DNA of 16,543 bases from Candidatus Bipolaricaulota bacterium (GCA_040752575.1 JBFMGK010000009.1:29815-46357), one strand, 5' to 3'; positions 7,673-15,974 are shown, counted from the first letter of the stretch. Notes: generated by a model not told the origin, from the letters alone. A program made the numbers and translations.

Positions 7673-8782
7673 ATGAGGGGCGCTTCGCACGGACGGATCG
7701 CGACGATTCTCGTGGTCGTCGGGTTGTCGTTGCCCGGGATGGCCGTTTCGCTGTGCAGTTACCGCCCTTCCGAGACCTCGATCGCCGACGCGCGCGCGGC
7801 CGCCACGTATCGCTACTACGACGACGCGACGACCGCAGGGATCGACGTCAACGCCGGAACCCTGAGCCTAGACGCTCTACGGCTCGTCGACGCGCCCGCG
7901 CACGGCCTCACGCTCTCGGGTTCGCTGTCGATGGCTCTTGACGCGTTCGTTCCCGGCGCCTGGCTCGCGCGTTGCTCGGGCAGCTATCGACTCTATCCCT
8001 GGCATGGCGGGCTGTTCTATGTCTTCGGAGGCTCCGAGGCGGTCGCCGTGCGGGGAGCGCTTCGCCCCAGCCTCGACGCACGTGTCGGTCTCGGCCTCGG
8101 GCGGTACTCCGACGTGAGCCCCCTGGCGCGGGCGATGCGAATCGAAGAGGTGCTGCTCGACCTCGGCGCCCTGCGCGGCCCGCTCTCCAACGACGTCCTT
8201 CTGTACGTTGCCGGTCTCGTGGCCGAACGGGCCGCCACGTCGTCGGTTCAGGATGTGGTCGCTGAACTGAAGGCGGTGGTGGAGTTCGACGGCGGGACGC
8301 AGCTGGATGCCCGCGCCCTCCTATCGATCGAGGAGATCCTCGCGTCGCCCTTGCCCGATCGCTTCTGCGGGTGGAGCGCGCAGATCGGCGTAGGCTACGA
8401 GTTGCTCGACCCGTTCGGTGCCCTTCAGACGCCCGTCGTCGTCGGGTCGTTCGATGCCGCGATGGCCGTGTCGCCGCGAGACCAGTGGCTGGTGCAGTTG
8501 GCCGTCTCGTGCCCGTTGGCCTTGCGGCGCGAGGGCGTGTTCACCGCGCACCTGGGCTACGCGATGGATCTCGGGGGCGCCAGCACGATGACGGCGGCGA
8601 TCGATGTCGTCCGCCTGCAACCGGGGGGCGGGACGACGGTTACGACGACGTCCGCCGGGCTGGCCCTGGAGTTCCGGCTTGGGATCGGCGCGGTGGGACT
8701 CGAGGTGGGCGTCGCACGCTCGACCGGAGATCCGGGCTGGTCGCTGAACGTGGCGCTGTCGGCGTCGGTCGAGTTGCTCTAG
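7673..8782 (+). CDS. Secreted protein, probable outer-membrane beta-barrel with helical insertion (369 aa)
   Basis: GGAGG RBS and signal peptide. Alternating Gly/hydrophobic strands in both halves flank a helical block (PLARAMRIEEVL...LSIEEIL). Terminal strand WSLNVALSASVELL. Confidence 0.6.
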   Translation: MRGASHGRIATILVVVGLSLPGMAVSLCSYRPSETSIADARAAATYRYYDDATTAGIDVNAGTLSLDALRLVDAPAHGLTLSGSLSMALDAFVPGAWLARCSGSYRLYPWHGGLFYVFGGSEAVAVRGALRPSLDARVGLGLGRYSDVSPLARAMRIEEVLLDLGALRGPLSNDVLLYVAGLVAERAATSSVQDVVAELKAVVEFDGGTQLDARALLSIEEILASPLPDRFCGWSAQIGVGYELLDPFGALQTPVVVGSFDAAMAVSPRDQWLVQLAVSCPLALRREGVFTAHLGYAMDLGGASTMTAAIDVVRLQPGGGTTVTTTSAGLALEFRLGIGAVGLEVGVARSTGDPGWSLNVALSASVELL

Positions 8783-8826
8783 GCGTGCGGAAAGGGCCGT
8801 CGCCGGCGGCCCGAAGGAGGAAGCTC

Positions 8827-10062
8827 GTGTCGTCGAAGGCACCACTTCGCACTCCCGGCTACCGGTTCGCCGTTCTGGGAGCGTTCATGCTCGTCGTTGC
8901 AGCGAATCAGCTCTTATGGATCACGTTCGCCGCGATCACACGGGACGCCGCAGCGTTCTACGGGGTGTCCGATCTCGCCATCGGTCTGTTGTCCCTGGTG
9001 TTTCTACTCGTGTTCTTGGTCGCGTCGCTTCCGGCATCGTGGACGCTCGACACGGTGGGAATTCGCGTTGGCGTCGGCATCGGCGCCGTGCTGACCGGGG
9101 GATTCGGCCTCGTGCGCGGGCTCGTCGCAACGGACTACACCTGGGTCCTTGTCTCGCAGATCGGCATCGCCATCGGGCAGCCGTTCGTGCTCAACGCGAT
9201 CTCCAAGGTGGCGGGACGCTGGTTCCCCCAGCGCGAGCGGGCCACGGCCGCCGGCCTCGGATCCCTCGCGATCTACGCCGGGATCCTCACCGGGCTCGCG
9301 CTGACGCCGACATTGGTGCGCGTCATGGATCTCCCGACCGCCCTCCTGGCATACGGCGCATTCGCCGCCGTGGCGGCCGTTGTGTTCTTCGTCATCGTGC
9401 GTGAGCGTCCGGCGCAGCCTGTCGGTCCCGAGGAGCGCGCCCTGGTTCTCGACGGGCTGCGTTCGGTGCTCCGCGAGCCGAACTTCAGGATCCTCCTCTT
9501 GCTGTTCTTCATCGGCCTCGGGCTGTTCAACGCCGTCACGACGTGGATCGAGGACGTCGTACGCCCGCGCGGGTTCTCTCCCGATCAGGCCGGTCTTGCT
9601 GGCGGGATGATGGTCGTCGGCGGCATCGTCGGGGCCGTTCTGGTGCCGATGCTGTCGGACCGGAGCGGGCGGCGCGTCCCGTTCCTCGTCCTGGCGCTGG
9701 TCGGAGCGACACCGGGCCTCCTGGGCGTGGCGTTCGCCGAGAGCATGTCGCTGTTGCTTATCTCGTCGTTCGCGCTCGGTGCGTTCCTGCTCTCCTCGGG
9801 CCCCCTGGGCTTCCAGTACGCGGCCGAGGTGACCTTCCCGGCTCCAGAGGGAACGTCCAACGGTCTCCTGTTGCTTGCCGGGCAGGTCTCGGGGATTGCG
9901 TTCATCGTTGCGATGGATGCGCTCAAGACGCCGACAGGCTCCATGACGCCGTCGCTCGTCGTCCTCGCCGTTCTGCTGGCTTTCAGTGCCGCGCTCGCGA
10001 CGCGGCTTCGAGAACCTGGCCGCTCGCGCCCATTGCCTCCCGGCGGCGACGCGCAGGGCTAG
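8827..10062 (+). CDS. MFS transporter, FLVCR/SLC49-like (411 aa)
   Basis: AAGGAGG before GTG 8827. About 12 TM helices. TM1 YRFAVLGAFMLVVAANQLLWITFAAI, WFPQRERATA, motif A LSDRSGRR, FPAPEGTSNG. Confidence 0.9.
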   Translation: MSSKAPLRTPGYRFAVLGAFMLVVAANQLLWITFAAITRDAAAFYGVSDLAIGLLSLVFLLVFLVASLPASWTLDTVGIRVGVGIGAVLTGGFGLVRGLVATDYTWVLVSQIGIAIGQPFVLNAISKVAGRWFPQRERATAAGLGSLAIYAGILTGLALTPTLVRVMDLPTALLAYGAFAAVAAVVFFVIVRERPAQPVGPEERALVLDGLRSVLREPNFRILLLLFFIGLGLFNAVTTWIEDVVRPRGFSPDQAGLAGGMMVVGGIVGAVLVPMLSDRSGRRVPFLVLALVGATPGLLGVAFAESMSLLLISSFALGAFLLSSGPLGFQYAAEVTFPAPEGTSNGLLLLAGQVSGIAFIVAMDALKTPTGSMTPSLVVLAVLLAFSAALATRLREPGRSRPLPPGGDAQG

Positions 10063-10784
10063 AGGTGGCCCTCCTGTCGCATCGACAGGAACCCCTCGGC
10101 CGTGACGATGACGTGGTCGAGGAGCCGAATCCCCAACAGCTCGCCGGCCTTCGCGAGTCGCGAGGTAAGGGCGATGTCCTCGGGACTAGCCGCGAGCGTG
10201 CCCGACGGGTGGTTGTGCGCCACCAGGATGGCGGCGGCACGGTCGGCCAAGGGATCGGCGAACACCTCGCGAGGGTGGACCTGATTCTGGTCCAGGAGTC
10301 CGACCGTGACGACCCGCGCCGCGAGCACCTCGTTTGCGCCGTTGAGCGAAAGGCAGACGAAGTGCTCCTGTTTGGAGCGGCGAATCGAGTGGACGTAGGG
10401 CATGGCGTCCGAGGCGCGCCGAACGGCGGGACGGGGTTGGGTCAGCTCTCGCCGCGCCAACTCCATCGCGGCGATGATCTGCCCGGCGCGGGCCGCGCCG
10501 ACGCCCGGGATTCTCTGCAGTTCGTGGGCATCGGCGCGCGCGAGCCGCCCGTCCGTCGCCGCGAGGATGCGGGCCGCGAGGTCGAGGATTCCGACGCGGC
10601 GTGTCCCGGAGCCCAGAAGCACGGCCAGAAGCTCCGCTTCGGATAGCGCGCCGGGTCCTCGCGCCAGGAGCTTCTCGCGCGGTCGATCGACGCGTGGCAG
10701 GAGACGCATCTGACGAACGCCGTCGGGATCCCAGTGCGTCAGACTCGGCTCCTGCGCCTTGTCGGGGAGATGCTGTGAGATCAT
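10059..10784 (-). CDS. radC: RadC family JAB/MPN-domain protein (241 aa)
   Basis: DRPREKLL..G..ALSEAELLAVLLGSG, HhH IPGVG.ARA, and intact JAB motif E...HNHPSG...S.ED..., LLDHVIV. Start 10784 chosen from promoter geometry; 10709 is an alternative. Confidence 0.93.
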   Translation of the reverse strand: MISQHLPDKAQEPSLTHWDPDGVRQMRLLPRVDRPREKLLARGPGALSEAELLAVLLGSGTRRVGILDLAARILAATDGRLARADAHELQRIPGVGAARAGQIIAAMELARRELTQPRPAVRRASDAMPYVHSIRRSKQEHFVCLSLNGANEVLAARVVTVGLLDQNQVHPREVFADPLADRAAAILVAHNHPSGTLAASPEDIALTSRLAKAGELLGIRLLDHVIVTAEGFLSMRQEGHL

Positions 10785-10790
10785 AAGGAG

Positions 10791-10819
10791 AGCATAGCCA
10801 TACGGGAGAGAACAGACAA
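10791..10819 (-). promoter_or_regulatory. Putative sigma70 promoter (leaderless) of radC
   Basis: Minus strand TTGTCT (10819-10814), 17 nt, TATGCT (10796-10791), 6 nt, ATG 10784. Confidence 0.6.
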
Positions 10820-10868
10820 GATACGACATCGAAGGGAGAGTGCTGCGAGGCTCTCCGACGTCGCGGAC

Positions 10869-10896
10869 TTGGCGGCAGGGAAGAGATGCGTAGAAT
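10869..10896 (+). promoter_or_regulatory. Putative sigma70 promoter, divergent from radC
   Basis: TTGGCG (10869-10874), 16 nt, TAGAAT (10891-10896). Confidence 0.55.
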
Positions 10897-11058
10897 GAGG
10901 GATAGGGAGCCGCTCGACAAGTCAGCGAGTCGCGCCGGCGCGAGTTGTGACAGCGCTCGCTACGCTCACCGTCTGCGGCAAGGTCCTCGACAGGCGACCC
11001 ACGCGACGCCTCCCGCTCGGCTCCCGGCTCTCCGCGTTGGCGGAGGAGGAGGTCATCG

Positions 11059-11124
11059 ATGCGCGTGCGTCGTACGCGGCGACGGTGGTGGGCTCATGCA
11101 CTTGGCTTGGCGCTTGTCATCTGA
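11059..11124 (+). CDS. 21-aa upstream ORF (leader peptide or truncated signal-peptide remnant)
   Basis: GGAGGAGGAGG (11042-11052) before ATG. Translates to MRVRRTRRRWWAHALGLALVI*. Confidence 0.35.
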   Translation: MRVRRTRRRWWAHALGLALVI

Positions 11125-11201
11125 CGGGCGATCTCGGCCGTTCGGGTTGGAAGGACTCATCCCCTAGGTTCCGCGTAGCGCCGCGCCGGGAGGCGGTGGC
11201 G

Positions 11202-14200
11202 ATGCGCAAAGGACAGCTGCTTCTTGCTCTGATCGCGGTCTGCGTTCTCTTCACCCTCGAAGGCAGTGCGGAAGGGCCCGTCCTGCAACTGACGGGCCGC
11301 CTCACCGGCGGTCTCTGCCGAACCGAAACGGAGTTGGAGATGACGTGTCGGGTCACGGCCGAGTCGTCGGCGACCCTCGACCTGTTGGCCTCACTCACGC
11401 CACCCTCGGAGCCTGTGACGATCGAGGCGTTCGGATGTCCTCCTTGGGTCGCGTTCCACGCGACGTCGTCGGTGGGCCAAGCGACCGGCCGCGCCGAGAT
11501 CCTTCCGCCGGCATGCGAGGCGGGGAAGGCCGTGCTGATGGTTTTCACGGCCTCGACCGCCTCAGGCCTCGAGGCGCGATTTCACCTTCTGCTCGAGGTC
11601 GTGACGGGGGGAGAGAGCGAGGAAGTTCCCGAAGGAGAGAAAACGGATCGAGGGACGGAGTTTGACGTGCCGTTTCTCCCCGAGTTCTCGACCTTCGTCC
11701 TGGGAGACGTCGCCGACTGCTCGTCTGGCAAGCTGATCGACCCCCTGCTGTTGAGCACCGAGTTCGAGTTCGCCGCGGGGGCGATGGCTCCCTACGACTT
11801 GGAGGAGCTGGAGCGGGTTGTCGTGCGCGCGCCGGGGTACCGGGAAGCGGCGATCACCGAGTTGGCTCCCACGACGATCGATCTCTTCTTCTTTCGGCTC
11901 ACGCTGCTGACCCCCAAGGAACCGGGTCTTTGCCTCGTTCCCGCGGGGCCCCGCGCGCTCACTGCCGTGCAGCCGGCGGGGACGTGTATCGGCAACGTCA
12001 CGACGGCGATCCGGGACTCTCAGACCTCGTTTCACTGGGCCGCCGAGGGTGGGTTTCTGAGCTACGAGATCCTGGTGTACGAGAATCCGTGCGGACGCTA
12101 TCCGCCGCCGATCGACACGCCGACTCCCGCCCCGACGCCGGCGCCGACCCCGACGCCCCCGCCGCCGGGCGGGCAGCCCGTTGCGACGACCGCCGGGGTG
12201 TGGGAGCCGCTGTGGGAGAAACTGACGCCGGCCCAGCGCGAAGAGCTGGCTGGACGCGGCCTCTCCGGCTGGGGTTGGGTCAAGGCGGCGCGCGAACTGC
12301 TTGGGGAGACCGGCGAGGAGATTCCACCGGAGGCGCTCGTCGAAGAGGCGGAGGGCGTTCTTCTCCCCGACACGCCGCTTCTCGGCAGATTCGGACCGCT
12401 CTCGGGCGAGACCCGGGGCACCACGCTGCCCCTCGAAACCCTGCTTGAGCCTGGCGAGGCGTTCATTTGGCAAGTGATGGGGATCTACGAGACCTCGGAT
12501 GGAGCGCCCGGCGCGATCCTCACCGTTCCTCAGTGCGTGCGCTATCAGCCGATGGATGCGGAGACGGGCGAAGTGGTTCCCGTCGCCTCATGTCCCCTCT
12601 GCACTCCGATCGGAGCCGTGTGGGATTGCGAGCCCGCGATCCAGATCGTCCGGCCACTCGACCTCCACCCGCACGCTGCAAAGATGAACCCCGACGAGCG
12701 GATCGCCGTATCCCTGTTGGCCGCCGACAGCGACCTTCTGCTTTGGGAGTGCGAGTGCCTCGAGAAGACACGTCGGAAGATCGGGAGCTACCCCGAACGG
12801 GTCACTTACGATTGGGCGCTCTCGGGGCACGGCCGGCTCGTCGACACCTCTGAGAACAGCGCGATCTACGAACTTCCCGAGGATCTCGATCCCGGCCAGC
12901 ACGTCACGGCGACCCTCACTGTGACGATCCACGCACCGCGCGGCGGCGACGCGTCGATCGACGGCCGGGTGATCCTGACGATCACGGCCGGAGCGGAGGG
13001 TTGCGACGACTACGCGGTGAGCGCGCAGATCGTTCAGCCGCAACCGAAGAGGTGTCCGCCGCCGCTGGACGAAATGGGGCGGGACTGCATCGCGGTCCTC
13101 AAGTACGGGAAGGCCGACGGGCCGATCTCTGGGACGATCCAGTTGTCCTCGATGGCCTACGTTGGCGAGCCCGTTTTGCTCAAGGCGACGCACACCGACA
13201 CCGACGAACTGACGATCCGGTGCGAGCAAACGATCTGCCTTGAGCGGCCCGAGGTGGACTACCCTCTGCCGGATCCCCTGGCATTCGTCTGGGACGACCA
13301 AGGAGGCGGTGGAACGTTCCCGTTGGGGAACGCTGGCCGCTGCGTCGTCTACATCCCGCCGAAGAAAGGCGACGTGACCATCCGGTGCACGCCGAGCGAC
13401 CTCATCGTTCGCGATCCCGACGTCCGCGAGACGAAGTCCCAGCCGATTGCCGAGATCGTCATCGACCTCACACTTTGCGATCGAGACTGGCTGCCCGAGA
13501 AGGACAACACGACGACGTTGACCGCACGAGTCTACGAGTTGCGGAATGGCCGCTGCACCTTCCCGGGACCGGCGCGGCATGTTGCGTTCGAGCTCGTCGA
13601 GGTCTCCAGCGAAGTCGGGTACTGCGTGAACCGCGGCAACTCCCGCGAGAACGACCTTTTGTTCTCCGAAGCCGTCCTCGGCGAGGCGTTCCACCTCTGC
13701 GCCGATGCGACGCGCGAGTCGAACGTGCCGACTTACTTCACACGGGCGATGACGACGCGCCGTACGGCTGAGGCAACGGTCGTGATCTCCAGTGAAGACT
13801 ACGGGAGCTATGGGGCTGTCGAGGCGAGAGCGTTTCACGCTGTGCCGATCGCGCCGCGCGACGCGTCGGCTGAGGCGACATGCCGGTTCGAATCGAACCG
13901 GGTCGACCTCCCGCGCGACGACGTGCCAAGCGGAGGGAACGACATCGCCGACGCGTGGGACGCGAGATTCCCCGACCATCCGCAGAGGGCCGACGATGAG
14001 GATCGGAGTTCCAACAACCGATTCGACGGGGACGGACTCACACGCTACGAGGAGTACCGCGGGGTCGACGTGGACAACGACGCGGCGATCGCTTACGCGA
14101 AGGCACGGAGCGACGGCGAGGAACTTGTGGAGCCGCAGAACGAGCGACTCAGCCCGAATCTGAAAGACCTGTTCTTAACGACGGCCCAAGAGGCCGACCT

Positions 14201-15101
14201 GGCGAATCTGCGATACGGAAAGGCCTTCGCGAACTCGCGCATTGCCGTGCACCCGTTCCGCGGCGCGGACGACCGCGGGATCGACGTCCTCGTCATCGAC
14301 CTCACCGCCGGGACGCCGACCGGCCTGCACTTCACCGCCAACCCCCTCGAAGCGCGAACCGACCTCGACGGACACCTGAACAAGATCTACACGCCGTTCA
14401 ACGCGCCGCTTGCCAGCGTTCCGCTGTGGACGGCCGACTGGATGGGCGGGTCGACCGTCGGCACGGCCAACGCGTACGGAGATCCCAAGCTGTTCAACCG
14501 ATCGATTGACAGCTACTTCTCCCAGTTCCCGTACGTCGACGGAGGCACGTTCCAACAGGCGCCTGTGGGCACGCCCAATCTCAATACGTGGAACGGGGCC
14601 CCGAACGGCGTTCTCGACATTCGCCTGATGATCGAGGATCACAACGACAACGGCGTCTGCGACCCCGTCGAACAGGATGGAAGCTACGACGACGGCGACG
14701 CGAGCCTGGATGGCGACCACCTGCGCCTTGCCTTCAGCGGGGCGGCGGCGCAGAACTTCCTGAGCCAAGACTGGGCCGCCGGCGGGACGGCCACGGGGTC
14801 GTTCAACGTGTTCAACCGCAACGGCGACGCACAGGTCGAGACGGGCGAGGGGAGCTACACGCGCGCCCAAGTCGACCTGCAGGTCATCACGCACGAGCTG
14901 GGGCACGCTGTGGGCGTCGGCGCACAGAACGCGCTCGCGTACAACGTCGGGCGCCTGCTGTTGCACCAGAGTGTGATCTTCGATGCCGCGGGGCACTGCA
15001 ACGACGCGACGTGCGTGATGTACCGCAGGAACGACAACTACACGCGCCAAGATCACTTCTGCCCGCACTGCCAATCCCTGCTGCGGATCCACAATGACTA
15101 G
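11202..15101 (+). CDS. Large secreted Cys-rich multidomain protein with C-terminal zinc metallopeptidase (HEXXH, archaemetzincin-like) domain (1299 aa)
   Basis: GGAGG RBS and signal peptide MRKGQLLLALIAVCVLFTLEGSA. FN3/PKD-like segments, Pro-Thr linker, acidic DxDxDG-type motifs, then HELGHAVG (14892) ... HCNDATCVM ... CPHC. Confidence 0.85.
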   Translation: MRKGQLLLALIAVCVLFTLEGSAEGPVLQLTGRLTGGLCRTETELEMTCRVTAESSATLDLLASLTPPSEPVTIEAFGCPPWVAFHATSSVGQATGRAEILPPACEAGKAVLMVFTASTASGLEARFHLLLEVVTGGESEEVPEGEKTDRGTEFDVPFLPEFSTFVLGDVADCSSGKLIDPLLLSTEFEFAAGAMAPYDLEELERVVVRAPGYREAAITELAPTTIDLFFFRLTLLTPKEPGLCLVPAGPRALTAVQPAGTCIGNVTTAIRDSQTSFHWAAEGGFLSYEILVYENPCGRYPPPIDTPTPAPTPAPTPTPPPPGGQPVATTAGVWEPLWEKLTPAQREELAGRGLSGWGWVKAARELLGETGEEIPPEALVEEAEGVLLPDTPLLGRFGPLSGETRGTTLPLETLLEPGEAFIWQVMGIYETSDGAPGAILTVPQCVRYQPMDAETGEVVPVASCPLCTPIGAVWDCEPAIQIVRPLDLHPHAAKMNPDERIAVSLLAADSDLLLWECECLEKTRRKIGSYPERVTYDWALSGHGRLVDTSENSAIYELPEDLDPGQHVTATLTVTIHAPRGGDASIDGRVILTITAGAEGCDDYAVSAQIVQPQPKRCPPPLDEMGRDCIAVLKYGKADGPISGTIQLSSMAYVGEPVLLKATHTDTDELTIRCEQTICLERPEVDYPLPDPLAFVWDDQGGGGTFPLGNAGRCVVYIPPKKGDVTIRCTPSDLIVRDPDVRETKSQPIAEIVIDLTLCDRDWLPEKDNTTTLTARVYELRNGRCTFPGPARHVAFELVEVSSEVGYCVNRGNSRENDLLFSEAVLGEAFHLCADATRESNVPTYFTRAMTTRRTAEATVVISSEDYGSYGAVEARAFHAVPIAPRDASAEATCRFESNRVDLPRDDVPSGGNDIADAWDARFPDHPQRADDEDRSSNNRFDGDGLTRYEEYRGVDVDNDAAIAYAKARSDGEELVEPQNERLSPNLKDLFLTTAQEADLANLRYGKAFANSRIAVHPFRGADDRGIDVLVIDLTAGTPTGLHFTANPLEARTDLDGHLNKIYTPFNAPLASVPLWTADWMGGSTVGTANAYGDPKLFNRSIDSYFSQFPYVDGGTFQQAPVGTPNLNTWNGAPNGVLDIRLMIEDHNDNGVCDPVEQDGSYDDGDASLDGDHLRLAFSGAAAQNFLSQDWAAGGTATGSFNVFNRNGDAQVETGEGSYTRAQVDLQVITHELGHAVGVGAQNALAYNVGRLLLHQSVIFDAAGHCNDATCVMYRRNDNYTRQDHFCPHCQSLLRIHND
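12102..12167 (+). repeat. Pro/Thr-rich linker-coding low-complexity repeat
   Basis: Encodes PPPIDTPTPAPTPAPTPTPPPP. Confidence 0.8.
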
Positions 15102-15113
15102 GAGGGCTGATCG

Positions 15114-15974
15114 ATGACCAGGGGCATTCGGATCGCCTGCGCGGTCGCCTTCTTGGCGGCGCTCAGTGCGCTGGCGAGTCCCGCGGAGTTGCAGGTTGCC
15201 ATTTCGACAGAACGCGCGGAGTGGGGCGTCGGCGAGCCGATTGCCGTGGATCTTGCGTTGTCGAACGTCGGAGCGGAGACGCTCTACGTGCAGCGAGGAG
15301 TGCTCATGGGCGACGCGCTCGCCGAATCCATTCTGGTGCTGCGCATCGTTGCTGAGGGAACTCAGGACATCATCGTTGCGGACGTGCCGTCGTCGGCGCC
15401 GCCCCCGACCCTCGCGCCGGTAGACGGTGTCGGCGCACCGGTCTGGGTTGCAGCGACAACCCTGCTGCCCGGGGCGTCACTCGGGGTGTCGATCCCAAAC
15501 TTGCTGCGATGGTTCCCGTTCCTTGCTGCCGGCGAGTACGAGGTTCTCGCACTCGTGCAGGTGCCCGCCGCGCGGAGCGCCGAGGAGGATGCCGAGGGCG
15601 GCTTCTGGATCGAGCTCGGCGCGGCGGAGGATGCCGTGGCGCTCTCTGCTGCGCTGCGATTTCGCGTTGTCGCCCCGCAGGGACCCTCCGAGGGCGATCT
15701 CGCTCGTCTTGCCGAGGCAAGGGCTTCGCTCAACCGCGCAACGAGCGCCGAGGGGGCCTGCGCCTCGTTCGCCACGCTCGCGATCGAGGCCGTGGACCGG
15801 TATGTCCAGGCGTGCGCGGCGTACTGGGTCGGCGAAGCCTACAGCCGCTTCGGACGCTGGGAGGACGCGGCGGCGGCGTACCTCGAGGCGATGCGTCGCT
15901 TCCCCGACAGCGTCTTCCGAACGCACGCCGAGCGGCGGCTCGGCGAACTCGCGCAAGGAGCGTCCGGAGGCTAG
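15114..15974 (+). CDS. Secreted protein, N-terminal Ig-like domain plus C-terminal TPR
   Basis: GGAGG overlaps the upstream stop. Signal peptide. GEPIAVDLALSNVG...GEYEV Ig-like pattern. TPR AAYWVGEAYSRFGRWEDAAAAYLEAMRRFPDS. Confidence 0.8.
   Translation: MTRGIRIACAVAFLAALSALASPAELQVAISTERAEWGVGEPIAVDLALSNVGAETLYVQRGVLMGDALAESILVLRIVAEGTQDIIVADVPSSAPPPTLAPVDGVGAPVWVAATTLLPGASLGVSIPNLLRWFPFLAAGEYEVLALVQVPAARSAEEDAEGGFWIELGAAEDAVALSAALRFRVVAPQGPSEGDLARLAEARASLNRATSAEGACASFATLAIEAVDRYVQACAAYWVGEAYSRFGRWEDAAAAYLEAMRRFPDSVFRTHAERRLGELAQGASGG

Noticed and set aside
8371..8826. 152-aa N-terminal extension of the MFS ORF
   Set aside because: It overlaps the upstream gene out of frame and is Arg-rich nonsense. 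A strong RBS supports GTG 8827.
10059..10784. radC as a marker of a mobile element or defence island
   Set aside because: It is the full-length HhH-containing chromosomal type. No integrase, transposase, E1/E2 or CD-NTase gene is nearby.
10947..11201. 85-aa N-terminal extension of the giant ORF
   Set aside because: The signal peptide and RBS begin at ATG 11202.
12588..13979. Long antisense/shadow ORFs (this one, 2214-3245, 3351-4487, 9543-10646, 14175-15092 and others)
   Set aside because: Expected in high-GC DNA opposite or overlapping real genes. No recognisable motifs.
3868..15974. Amber (TAG) recoding in this genome
   Set aside because: TAG ends recognisable proteins at their expected C-termini, and no real gene is interrupted by TAG.
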